DNA of 63,514 bases, counting the filler, from Circinaria calcarea (lineage: Eukaryota), in assembly GCA_051942165.1 (NCBI GenBank). It is 12 parts of 12 records of this genome, joined end to end, with 100 filler letters (N's around TTAATTAATTAA, not from the genome) between each part and the next. Parts side by side here need not be neighbours in the genome. Positions count along the whole stretch, not along the records: positions 42,456 to 47,650 come from JAVECS010001998.1; positions 47,751 to 52,942 come from JAVECS010001999.1; positions 53,043 to 58,228 come from JAVECS010002000.1; 9 more parts are not named here. One strand, 5' to 3'. Numbering within the stretch: the stretch's first letter is position 1; each line of letters starts with the position of its first letter. The position numbers and the translations under genes are program-made. Below, in pieces: positions 43,558-55,623 of the stretch. The notes under the pieces are model-generated. The model had not been told where the DNA came from. It ran no database searches and saw only the letters and a list, made by a program, of their open reading frames with translations.

Positions 43558-46177
43558 ATGCCAATTGAGCTTGAAATAGACGGTCCCCTCCCCCTTTTCA
43601 ACCCCCTTTCCGTTTATATTCCTCGTACTTCTGCCCCCTTCCGGCTCGGCCTCTTCCGCCTCGCACCCGTCACGAAGCCCAGAGCACCCTATTCACTGGG
43701 TATACCCCCAATATTTAGGAGACTTCCAAGAAGCTCTAAGAGGTCTTCCACATCCCCATCTCCTTCCTCCGACCACAGGCGAGCAATTCGCCTTAGGGAC
43801 AAAGCGGAACAACGCCTCCGAGACTTCGCCTTTAGCTGGGTTATATAGTAGTCCCAGTTAGAGCGCAGAGGGCTGGGGGTCTTCAATAAAAAGTGACGTA
43901 ACCATAGGAAGTAGACGAAGGGGTGGAGGAAGACGTCTAAGAACAAGGTTAAAAGGCCAGACACTACTGTCCGCCAAACCGACTACCAGTAAGCTATTAC
44001 AGGACGTCAATGGCAGGAACAGTGTGTAGGGACCCTGAGAGTAACTCACGTTATTCATAACCACCTTTCTTGCCCGGATCCGTTCCTAGACACGATATTC
44101 AGGCATAGGAGACACAAGGCACATGGAAGCAGAATCCTTAGCAGCCACTCACCGAACGGATGGGGGTCTCCAATTAGAAATCATCCGATATACTCTGCCA
44201 GAGCGGACTCGGTCTGGACCAAAAAGGATTCTATAACCTTATTAACAACAGGAACAAGCAGGAACAGACGAAAAAGGAATAGGCATTTGAGCTGCAAGAA
44301 CGATTAGAAGCCTTAGGCCTTCATATTTACCATTAACATGAACCATTTGGAGCGACGACCGCAAGGCGGAACCTGAGCGGGTTATGGAACAGATCTTTTC
44401 CGCTCATCCAACCAAATCACCTTAGCTAGACGGTTTGTTAGCGGGTTTATGATACAGACAAATGCCAGCTTCAATACTAATCGGCTCTGCCTGCTTCTAT
44501 CCACATATATTGGAGTCACTAACACAGGAAGGACCTTTCCAATAGCCTTCTTCTATATATTCTCGGAGTTTGCGGTGGCATTCCCCTTCACCTTCCATCG
44601 TATGGATTTCTTGATTTGGTACGACAAAACCGTTCCAGGCGTACGCGTTATGATTTCTGATCAAGCTAAAGGCTTGGTCGCCAGCTTAGCGAAGCGTGAC
44701 ATTGCCAGACAGTTAGTTAGCAGAGGAGAGGATAAAGTGTTAAATAGGGAAGCAGCGGGAGCCGCAGGTGAGGCCGTTGCGGAGCAGCTAAACATCGTAG
44801 ATGTAGTGACGGCAGTAGGAAAGCTGGAGGAGCGAGAGGAACTCCACCTCTTTGAGGCCGTGGAGGGAGAAGAGACCGACGACGAAAACGAAGAAGAAGA
44901 CGACGATGTTGACCCAGGGTGGAAATAATATCAGGTTATTCTACAGTTTAGTCAGTGGCTCCTTGGTTGAAGCCATCATAAAGCACGTTACCAAATCAGC
45001 GTACCGGAAGAAACAAAAGGACGAGATCAAGAACGAGATTTGGGCTTGGATCCAAAGCCCCATCCAGAATGATATTTGGCGGAATCGGAAGAAGCTTCTC
45101 GACAGCCTCAGAATAGCGGATCAGCAGTATACATTAGCTGATTGTGTCCTAATTGAGCGTTACTTTGTTATCAAGTATCTGAAGACTCACTAAATCTAGG
45201 TTGCTTTAATACCCCAAAAAAGGAATCGATGCATTCGTCTTTGTATACGGCAGGTAGTATTTATAAGGATTAGGAGCTAATGGACGCATATGAAAGGTTA
45301 ACATAAACTGTCCAAGGACTGGAAGACATGTTACTTATCGAAGAATCCAATGCTCGAATCGGCATATTAAGAGAGCTTGATAGGGAGGCATTTGAGTGTA
45401 TGCAGTTTCGGGTAACCCGATACACCCTGACTATCATATCGAAAGAATAGGAGGAGATCAAGAAGTAGGTAGATGACAGAAGGGTAGAGCCGGAGGAGCG
45501 ATACTATATATTTAAATACAATATAACGACTCAATTCCAACTCCCCTACCGACATTGGATGTTTGAATGCTGTATGACCGGAATTCCTCTATCAATATCT
45601 CTTGTCCACCCTCGATGGCTGCTAGAAGGGCCCGTACTGTGATAGGTAGGTGATGTCTTAGATCCGGAGGATGCAGATACCCTAGAAACACGTCAGCAAC
45701 AAGAAGCATCTGATGCCGAGCTGGGGGATGTTTTTCGAGATAAGTGCAAGAATATGATCTCCCGCCTAGCAGTCAAGATGCTAAAGGTTCAGGAGGCATT
45801 CAGCGGTTTAAAAAAGAAAGTGCGCTAGAAATTAGCAAGGCGACTGATAAAATCGCCGAGCATTTCAATATACAGGAGAAGAAGAAAGCGCATTCCCTAT
45901 AACACTTCCAGACCCTCTTCCAATCAGAAAGGTGTATCTCGTCTAAAACAGGAAGGAGCGGGCCTTGGCCGGACGGGAAATGGAGGATAAAGCGGAGCGG
46001 GATGAATCCACACGACAGCGAGGGAAACAAAGGAAGGCGTACCTAGACGCTCGGGTGACGGCATTGAAGGAGGAGGACAAGGCAGTGAAAACACAAGAAA
46101 CAGCTGACACTCAGGCGAGGGAGGTAGAAGATAACGATGACTGCATCGTCTTCCGCGATGCTCAGGGCAGAGAGTAG
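43558..46177 (+). mobile_element. Decayed Mutator-like (MULE) transposase pseudogene
   Basis: Fragments RLRDFAFS; IQTNASFNTNRL..IGVTNTGRTFPIA..VMISDQAKGL (DDE core, first Asp reads Asn); NLGCFNTPKKESMH; SWIM-like QFQLPYRHW; HPRWLL. Many TAA/TAG stops and frameshifts. Confidence 0.8.
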
Positions 46178-46627
46178 GTCTTCTTCTCGGGTCTCAGCAT
46201 GAACATAACGACCCAGCCCAAGCCCTTCTCTATCCGATCTATCTTGACGGAAGTCACCGGGGAAAGGTCGTCTGGTTGTTTCAGAGAATTTACCGGGTAG
46301 CGAACAAAAGTAAAATTTATAATATTAATTTCTGGAATAAGCCAAAGTATATACTTCGTAGCTAAGGCGTTGTACATTTAATATGCATTGCTCACCAAGA
46401 CTATACACATCGCAAGCATCGAGTGACATATTTAGGCCGTAATGCGCATAAACGGTGTAGAAATGATCGTGACATCAGGAAATTCGAATTCAAGTCGTAA
46501 AGCACTCACGAATGCCCCGTGTCTAGGGGGGGTCGCCAAGCTTTTCAGGGGTTGGTCTTCCGGCTCCTCTTATGGAATGGCGGTTCAGGAGTTGGCTTGC
46601 TCTAGCTATCTATCCGACTAACCTGCA

Positions 46628-47312
46628 CCAGAGCTTCCTGATCCAGATACCGAACTACAGCTAGAGAGCCTGCTCAAAGAAGCATATCTCAATAAATACG
46701 AAGACCAAGACTTCTCAATCACGGATATCGATGTCCTGGCTTCCCTAGTTCATCGCTACGACTCGAGTAGATGCTTACTCCCTTCCGATCTCCTCAAACA
46801 TCCATAGTGCGCTGCCGACCGACCAACGAAGGATTAGACCCCTCCTACACAAGGAGTGGATACCTCTGCGGTTAAGGGAGTAGGCGAAGCGGAACCGCAA
46901 CAGGCGATGGAAGATATACCGAAAGAGGTAGAGCAAGGAACAAAACATACCGACAGGGAAGTGGTCGGGATTGGTAGGGTGCCAGAGGTGGACGAGAACA
47001 CACCCAAAGGGATCAATAAAAACAAAGCATCTGAGAAGATACCCCGCCACCCAGAGGAAATTAGCCACGAAGAAAGGCCACTGGTAAGTAACATCGGTTC
47101 CATCACGAGTGGATGTCAGAGAGGTGGAAGTGGTCGAATATGATACTGCTGATTTTATGACTGAGGTGACTAGGCGAGACTCTGACGAGATACAAATGCA
47201 GGAGGCGAGCAAGGATAAGCCATATGGGTTGACGATAACGAGCTGGGTAAGAGGGATAAGAATCGGCTTTTGGCGATTAACGATGATGATCAGCACTGAG
47301 ATGATTAGGTGA
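46628..47312 (+). pseudogene. Remnant resembling a protein-kinase C-lobe end plus acidic tail
   Basis: LESLLKEAYL..DFSITDIDVLASLVHRYDSSRCLLPSDLLKHP* (TAG where TGG is expected), in frame with the downstream acidic ORF. Confidence 0.35.
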
Positions 47313-47399
47313 CAAGTCCGGTGGCCTCCCATTGTTGGAAGTCATAGGGCTTACCGAGGCATGTGTTGCATCGAAGGTCCATACTCAATACTTCCTACA

Positions 47400-47650
47400 C
47401 ACATAATAAAAACGTTTTTTGTTGCGTAGATAGTTCAGTAGTTACATACACTCGAATATAATATAAATACCATATTATTTTATTATATATTTAATAGGGA
47501 ATATATTACGATAAAATAAAAATAATAAATCGTTATTGAACTCGTTAAATATAAAAAATATTAATAATTCGGATATTATAAATTACGGCGGTAATAAATA
47601 GAAAGCCATATTTGGATAAATTAAAATAAACGGACTCTTAATAATTAGAT
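47400..47650. other. Very AT-rich, TpA-rich tract (RIP-like degraded repeat DNA)
   Basis: Visible composition shift, e.g. catattattttattatatatttaataggg, ataaaataaaataataaat. Confidence 0.65.
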
Positions 47651-47750
47651 NNNNNNNNNNNNNNNNNNNNNNNNNNNNNNNNNNNNNNNNNNNNTTAATT
47701 AATTAANNNNNNNNNNNNNNNNNNNNNNNNNNNNNNNNNNNNNNNNNNNN
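47651..47750. other. Artificial contig linker
   Basis: N44-TTAATTAATTAA-N44. Confidence 0.99.
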
Positions 47751-48614
47751 TTGCAGAAGCTCACTTGTGTAGATATCTCCTCTTGATCTTCCTTGGGAAA
47801 ATTGACAAAATGATCGTACTTTGTACCAACAAGGAAAGGAATTGCAGTCTTGTTGAAGCCCCGACCTTGCCGATACCATTCCTTGATCGAGTTGAGTGTG
47901 CTCTTTCGAGTCAGATCGAACATGAATAAGATAGCGACCGCGTCATTGCAAACAAGGGGGAGCATGTTGACAAATTCCCGTTGACCACCAAGATCCCAAA
48001 TTGAGAATGTGATTTCCGTGTTGCGTATCGAAATGGTCTTTTCCATAAAGTTAACCCCTTGACCGCATGTTAGCCCACCACTGAGCCTCAATGGGTAAAA
48101 TACCCCTACCTAGTGTTTGTATGTAGTCCTCATCCCAGCTTCCCTCCACGTACTTGACCATCAAGCTCGTTTTCCCGATCTGTGCATCCCCCACCATCCC
48201 AACCTTGATCACTACACTACTCTGTGGCCTGGTCTCCGCAGCCGGGTTCGGTGGTCGTTGATTCTGCTCTTGATATGTCTGATTGTATCCGTACCTATCC
48301 CCGGAGCTTGATAGTCCTGAAGATGGTCTCGAAACAGGCTGTATGGGCTGTTGCTGGTAGGTCATGTTCGGGGAGGGGTATCGTGCAGTTGGGTCTGATT
48401 CAAGTGGTGGGGAGAAATTGCCGTTGGAAGGTGGGTAGTCTGCGGATTGTGAGGTCTGATGGCGAGGTTGATGGCCGTTGCTGTAGGCGCCTGTGGGGGT
48501 TGTGCTAATGTTTTCGTCAATACTACCCATTGACTCGTCGTCATTACCATTTGACCTCGAGTACTGCTCTTGAGGTGGGGAAGGCATGTTGTCTTGCCGG
48601 TATTGGTGATCCAT
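47751..48614 (-). CDS. spg1: Septum-promoting GTPase Spg1/Tem1 (3'-truncated)
   Basis: [65 protein letters not shown]. Confidence 0.95.
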
Positions 48615-49058
48615 AGTGACTGAATGAATTGTACTCGAGGTCGAGTCTACAATGTGTGGGGTTCTTCAGGTGGGATAGGATATGGCATCGGGGACCCCTG
48701 ACTGCGCTAGTGACCCTTAAGCGCGTAACCGCAATTGTTGATACTTTGGCTTGCGTTCTTTGCTAATTGGATATCCTTCAGGTAGAGCATTGTCCACTCT
48801 GAGGTTATCGTAGCTTCATCGATATGACTATACTATTCAATGGTTGCCTTTTCAATAGCGTATCGATTTAAATATTAAAGATTACACATCACATGGAGTT
48901 GTAGGGGCCATCTAGTAGCCAACAACCTTAAACGGCTTTCAGGGTGGAAAGAGGATTCCAAGGAGATCTTTATTTATAATCTACCTCTAGATTTCCCATC
49001 GTCTACTTTGCATGTTGCTTAGTTCAAATCCTCAGAATCCCCCACCCGATGTCATGGC

Positions 49059-49757
49059 CTATTCCCAACCAGCAGTTGCATTGACATACGTGTGCGGCCG
49101 CATGCCTCTACGATCCCCCATCCCAGACTTCCTCATGAATCTGCTGTACTCCCTCTGCGTGAAGATTTCCGCTCTCTTCTTAGTCTTGTAAAACTCTACC
49201 GCATGGCTGAGCTCCTCTTTCGTGAAGGTCTCTGGTACATCGTCCCCACCCGGTCCCGAACGTATGACTGCAATGTCTCCAAAAATTGGACGGTAGCAAA
49301 CCAGATTTGCGAGTTCATTCTTGGGTTTTGTCCCTTGATCTTTCTTGCCTAACCCGCTCTCGCCATACACGTAGTAGTACCAACTATCAGTGCCCTTGTG
49401 GTCATAGAATTTCCCCACCTCCGCGGCACCTTTCCATCCAAGACGCTCCTTCAGTTCCTGGATCTCAGCGAATTCGTTGCCGTATTTCTCAAGGTGCAAC
49501 GGCTCGATCTGTGCGGAAACATTCTCAAGGACAGAATCTGTGCTCCTGGGGGTCGCGCGAATGAGGAAGCAGTTGTATTTGGTAGGTGTGAAGCAGGCTG
49601 GTTTGTGCATTTTCCAGTGAGATTTCTGGCATTGCTTGCTGCAGTAGTGAGTAGCCTTGCAACCTCCGCAACGAAGGGTGGCAGATTGGGAGCAGGATGG
49701 GGAGGAGCAGCTTGTTTCCATGATACTGGAATGGTTTTGTAACGGAGTAAATTCCAT
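49059..49757 (-). CDS. MYND zinc-finger protein
   Basis: CSSPSC..LRCGGCKATHYCSKQCQKSHWKMHKPAC, followed by an uncharacterised domain. Confidence 0.85.
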   Translation of the reverse strand: MEFTPLQNHSSIMETSCSSPSCSQSATLRCGGCKATHYCSKQCQKSHWKMHKPACFTPTKYNCFLIRATPRSTDSVLENVSAQIEPLHLEKYGNEFAEIQELKERLGWKGAAEVGKFYDHKGTDSWYYYVYGESGLGKKDQGTKPKNELANLVCYRPIFGDIAVIRSGPGGDDVPETFTKEELSHAVEFYKTKKRAEIFTQREYSRFMRKSGMGDRRGMRPHTYVNATAGWE

Positions 49758-50219
49758 GTTCTAGGGATGAAATCTCCGTAGCGATTGCTAATAACTGATG
49801 ATCCCTGATATTCTCGAGCTGCCAAAATGGTAAGATAGATATTTATTTAGAAAAAATTGAGTGCCAGATTTGCGCGCAAAGCCGTAAAGCGGTGAAGGGA
49901 AATAAAGAGAGCACATAGCTAAAGGTGAATTCAATCACTAAACCAGGAACAACACATCAAGATCCCTGCGTGGATCCACTCCCAAGATGGGTATGTACCC
50001 GAAGGCTTCAACAATTCTATAGCCTTTACCCATTTTTATACAGGTCTTATTACGGATCCGTGAAAGCTGTGGCGGTCTAGAATAAGATACGGCGGGCCCC
50101 CAGAGACCATTTGTGACTTGGAAAAGATTTAGCGAGACTCGAACATTTTTGATTTCGAGCCACTTCCAGGTGAACTGGTTGGAATACTGCCATTGTCAAA
50201 CCGAGAACCGCGAGGCAAA

Positions 50220-51845
50220 ATGTCCAAAAGACCATCAGAAGATGTGCAAGGCGAGGCGACCTCGTTGAAAAAGGGGGATAGACCTATTCACCCTGAACAT
50301 GGTGACGAGGTTGGGGATTTCGAGGATGAGTTCGAGGATGAGTATGAGAGTGAAGAGGAGATATTGGAGGCTGGTGTAGACGGGCGACCTGACATTGAAC
50401 GGGAACAACGGGAGAGAAGGGGTATGTGGAATACACCGGTAGCACTGTGCGGATTTCGCAAGCATTCGGCGTGGACTTAACTGACCTTGTGCAGATACAA
50501 TGGATCTTGACCAGCAAACCTTCATACCTGGCCGAAGCAAACTAGAGGCAGGGCAATCATTATCACCAGACACATCCACTTACGACATGCTGCATACACT
50601 CAGTACGACCTGGCCATGTCTCTCTTTCGACATTATACCGGACAACCTTGGCGATAGTCGCAAAACATATCCAGCAACACTATATGCTGTTGCAGGGACA
50701 CAGGCCGAGAGTCGAAGGTCAAAGGAGAATGAGGTCATGGTCATGAAGCTTAGTGGTCTAAGTAGAATGGATCGAGATCGAGAAGAGGAATCCTCTGACG
50801 AAGACGACGATGACGAAGAGAATGCGGAGCCCATCCTCGAAACGAAATCGATACCCCTGAGTTCAACTACCAACCGTATACGCGCTCACCAGTCTCCTCA
50901 ATCCGACTCGTCTAAGCCGCCAAGAACTTTTACCGCAACAATGACAGAGGCAAGCGAAGTTCTCATTCATGATATTACTCCGCACCTCACTGCCTTTGAC
51001 AATCCCGGGGCTATCATAACTCCTCAGCAATCAAGGCCTGTGGCAAGTTTGCGCATGCATAAGAGCGAAGGCTATGCCGTAGACTGGTCGCCACTTGTTC
51101 CTGAAGGGAAGCTTCTTACCGGTGATAACGATGGGTCTATCTTCGTGACTAGTTGCGTGGAAGGTGGGAAATGGCTTACAGACAGTAGACCATTCACGGG
51201 ACACCATAGCAGCGTCGAAGATATTCAATGGTCTCCCAATGAGAAAACTGTTTTCGCCTCTGCGAGTAGCGACGGTACGATCAAGGTCTGGGATGTCAGA
51301 TTCAAATCTCGCAAACCAGCTATCAGTGTTTCTGTTAGCAGTACGGATGTCAACGTGATATCATGGTCTCATCAAGCAACCAATTTACTAGCCACCGGTG
51401 CGGATAATGGACAATGGGCTGTATGGGATTTAAGGCAGTGGAAGGCCGCCTCGAATAACGTGTCGAATCCACCACCAAAGCCTGTAGCTTCATTCAATTT
51501 CCACAAAGAGCAGATTACGAGTGTCGAGTGGCATCCTACAGATAACAGCATAGTCGCTGTAGCCGCTGGGGACAACACGCTTACGTTATGGGATCTGGCT
51601 GTGGAACTCGATGACGAGGAGAGCAAAGATACAGCAGGTGTCCAAGATGTGCCTCCGCAACTCCTATTTGTCCACTACATGGAAATGGTCAAGGAATGTC
51701 ATTGGCATCCTCAAATACCCGGGTGTGTAATGGCCACAGGAGGGGCCGGATTCGGGTAAGTCATTAATCTTAAAATAATCCATTATCTACTGCAAACAAC
51801 TGCTTACATGTCGGTTACAGTGTTTTCAAGACGATCAGTGTGTAG
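50220..51845 (+). CDS. RRB1: Ribosome assembly WD40 protein Rrb1 (3 exons)
   Basis: Acidic N-terminus, YDMLH..WPCLSFDI, EGYAVDWS, SVEDIQWSP, WDLAVELDDEE, PPQLLFVH; introns 50422-50494 and 51756-51820; ends VFKTISV*. Confidence 0.95.
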
Positions 51846-52099
51846 CTAGTCTTCATAGCTCTGAATCATTGAAAACATTGCTGTACTTTGATCCTAGGAG
51901 TCATCTCCATTCATCCCCAACAATATGAGTCCACCAATGTCTGCATATAATTTGTGTGAGCGGCGTTATGTTGTATCTTCTATTAGCAAATTGCTATACC
52001 TGTATTAGGAAGAGGCCGCCAGCTTCATCAAGCTAAACGCAGCATCGCCGGTCATCTTAGTGCAAACGGCATCGAATATCTTGATATCAGATCGAAGCT

Positions 52100-52942
52100 A
52101 TGCGTCTAAGAACTTCATCACGGCTTCCCACTATACCTGAAGGCGACGCCTTGATCCTAACACCGGAGGGTCCAAAAGTTCCTTGGTCATTCCTTACCAT
52201 ACCGAGTAAAGTCCTAGCCACCCTATGCGTTCCTGGGCGGCGAAAACGCTCTGCAAGCGATCCTAACGGTGTGAAACAGAGCACGACTTCCGCAGTTTCA
52301 ACACAGCAGCGACCACCGGGCCGAAACAGTAGCTACGAGTCTTTCCCTGCTCCCACTTTCACCGGAAGAGGTCAACCTCGCGCTTTCGACAGCCGCCTCT
52401 ATCCCGATCTCATTGAGACTGTCGCTGACGATCCTTCTGATGTGGGACCATCATCTATCGATGGAGTTCTGTCTAGCGGTCAAAAACTCATCCTGCCTAC
52501 TCTCTCGTGTCCATACCTCTCCTCCGCATCTCTAAACAACCTTCCCAACTCTACACCACCACGTTCATCATCTCCTCCTCTTCGCTCTACTTCAATTCCC
52601 TCATCCAATGCAAGGCCATACCCGATTATCCCGGCGATTCCACCTCACCTCTCCGCCTCTCTAGCTCGCCGCTACTCAACCACATCATCAACATCTTCCT
52701 CCTCCTCCCTCACATCCAAGCCAAGTAAGCCCCTCTCTCTCCGCGGCGGCGCCGACGCCCCATCCCAAAAAGGCAAACGCCTCCCCGACGACCAGCGCCT
52801 CCCCGCCCACCTTTGGTTCCTCGCCGGTGGCCGTGGGCGTCCACCAACCGCAGGCTCCTACCGCGCCTGGAAAGGGCGCGAGGCGGAGCGGGTTCAAGTG
52901 TCGAATGTCGAAAAGGGGAGGGCGGGGAATGAGGGGAAGAGG
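52100..52942 (+). CDS. Ser/Pro-rich hypothetical protein with an internal LSLRGG motif (3'-truncated)
   Basis: Open frame of 281 codons to the contig end; low complexity, then LSLRGGA..LWFLAGGRGRPPT. Confidence 0.55.
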
Positions 52943-53042
52943 NNNNNNNNNNNNNNNNNNNNNNNNNNNNNNNNNNNNNNNNNNNNTTAATTAATTAANN
53001 NNNNNNNNNNNNNNNNNNNNNNNNNNNNNNNNNNNNNNNNNN
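52943..53042. other. Artificial contig linker
   Basis: N44-TTAATTAATTAA-N44. Confidence 0.99.
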
Positions 53043-53292
53043 GAACAGTGTAAGTGGCACAACTCTGAACGTCCACTTGCTCTCTCCTGCTCCATGACTT
53101 GGATAGCTTCGTGTTGATCCTTCAGATTGTTGATCAAGGACATTGACTTACAGCAGCAATCAGTTCAGGTCCAAAGCCGCGAAAAGTCTCTCAACTTCGA
53201 CAACCAACAACGTAAATATCCATCTCAAACTTTCGAGGTGCCATCGACAACACTGACAATACCCACAAGCTAGATACGTGAAAATTCCCAAG

Positions 53293-55623
53293 ATGAGTTG
53301 GGATAATTCAGGTCCCTGTAAGAGCTCACCGTCTTCCGTCTCATTATGTCGTCTTACCAGGATTTGACTGCGACGCACCATACCTTGTCGCCTGTGCTTA
53401 AACTGTCACCGTATCCGATGAGGGCATCGTGCTGACCTCTCACAGCCGACTGGGACACAGGTGCCGCCGCCGATGGAGACGGCTGGGATACTGGTGTAGC
53501 GAACAATGATGGAGCCAACAACAAGGAAGGTGATGCTGCTGGCGCAACTGCCACCGACAACGAAGGCAAGGGCGAGTGGAGCGCTAATGCTGCCGCGACC
53601 ACTAATGGGAACTTTACTGGTGGTAAGGCTGGCTATAGCGGTAGTGATGCGCGTATGCATGCTGCAAATGGCGATTTCGAATCTGGCGCTGGCGGTGGTG
53701 GTGGAGGAGGTGACTCCTGTCGCAAGTAAGTCTTCCTACTTCGATACCTTGAGACAGATGCCAAGACAACAAACAGCTGCGGTGGATCTGGCCACTATGC
53801 AACCGACTGCCCAGAGCCCCGTAAGCAGAGCGGAAATTGTTTCAACTGTGACCAACCTGGGTAAGTGAGTCCGCTTCTTTTGTGATAATTCTAACGGCTC
53901 CTTAGCCACAACAAGGCCGATTGCCCTAATGAACGTGTTGAGCGTCCATTTACGGGTATCTGTCGTGTCTGCCAGAAGGAAGGACACCCAGCTGCACAGT
54001 GTCCTGAAAAGCAACCAGAAATTTGTAGAAATTGCAAGAAGGAAGGTACGTCATGCTAACTTTGACCACAATCATTAAGAAAGACAGCTGACTCGTCGTC
54101 AAGGCCACAAGGCAATGGACTGCAAAGAGAACCGTCTCCTTGATTGGTCCAAGATTGCTGACAAAACCCCGGAAGATGCATGGGAGGGTATGAAGGTTGC
54201 AGATGCTGACCGCGACCTGGATGACTTGCGTGAGGTATGCCAAGTCAAGATCCTCAAATACTGGACTTCAAAGACAGTCACTGATGACACTGTCTAGGCC
54301 GTCAAGGTCTATGTCAAAGCGGTTCCGGACACGACATACGAGCAACTGGAGCGTGCTTATCGCCAGATGAACTTCCAGGTCCACCTCATCGCTAGTGTAT
54401 GTCCAATCTTGGGCCGAGTGAAAGAATACTCAAGCTCACGTAAAGACCTATAGGAGAAAGAAGTTACCGATACCTTCACCTTGGTCAACTTCCAGGGCAA
54501 GCAGGATTGCAAGTATACTGTTGGATATTTCTTTAGTGACAAGCCTCCGCGCTCGTTCCTTAAGGAAGGGTGGCCCGCAAGCCCCGAAGAGAATCTAGTG
54601 CGCTTAAGGGATGCTGGTATACCCATGGACCGTGGAGTTCCAAAATGCGGCAACTGTGACGGTAAGCGGACCCAAATAACATGACACCAATGAGCGTTGA
54701 ACATATTACTCACGAAACATTTCCCCAGAGCTTGGTCACATTGCAAAGCATTGTAAGGAAGAGAAGGCGGTAGTTGACCGGGTCGAAGTCAAATGCGTCA
54801 ACTGCGAAGAGATCGGTCACCGTGCTCGTGACTGCACCAAAGCTAGGACTGACCGCTACGCATGCCGTAATTGCAAGTAAGTTTTAAAAGCCCTATCAGG
54901 AGTAAATGCTCCGAGTCTGTGAGACTAAAACTCCTAGGCAATCCGGTCATTCTGCTGCGGAATGTACCGAACCCCGTTCCGCTGAAGGGGTTGAGTGCAA
55001 GAAATGTAACGAGGGTACGTATCACGGCCCAGTCCTTCTCCTTCAGAGCTCTGATTTTTAACTTTGCTTAGTTGGTCATTTCGCCAAGGACTGTCCAACC
55101 GGAGGTAGCCGAGCTTGCCGTAACTGCAAGTAAGTGGAAGTAGGTGGTAGTTCTCTGTTCAGCGCTGATATGTGCTTAGTCAAGAGGGTCATATCTCCAA
55201 AGAATGCCCCGAACCGAAGAATCCTGCTACAGTCACTTGTCGTAACTGCGAGCAGAGTAAGTACTGTCCGAGTTGGCAGTAAGTAAACAAACTCACTCAT
55301 GGATTTCTTATAGTGGGTCATTTTTCCAAGGATTGTCCAGAGCCAAAGGACTGGAGCAAGGTGAAGTGTAGCAATTGCGGCGAGAGTTTGTTTAACACTC
55401 CCCAAAGCTGACAACATTACTGATGGTCAACACAGTGGGTCACACCATCAAGCGTTGTAAACAACCTGCTGCAGCCGATGGTGGCGCAGGTAACAGCGGG
55501 TTTGACAATGCTGGGTTTGAGCCTGTATCCGAAACCGTCGCCTCTGGTGGAGAGTGGGAAACTGGCGCTACTGGCGGTGGTGACTGGGACACGGGTGCTG
55601 TCGCTACCGGCGTCGCGTGGTAG
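53293..55623 (+). CDS. Multi-CCHC zinc-knuckle protein (CnjB-like annotation class), 11 knuckles, about 13 exons
   Basis: Manual splicing gives MSWDNSGP|SDWDTG..., 4 CX2CX4HX4C knuckles, a central domain (DWSKI..AW..KEGWP..ENL.RL.DAG), 7 more knuckles and a Gly/Trp tail ending GVAW*. Confidence 0.88.

Noticed and set aside
51843..51872. Stop-codon readthrough at RRB1 (TAG CTA G)
   Set aside because: The efficient context is TGA CTA, and the extension (LVFIALNH) has no peroxisomal targeting signal.
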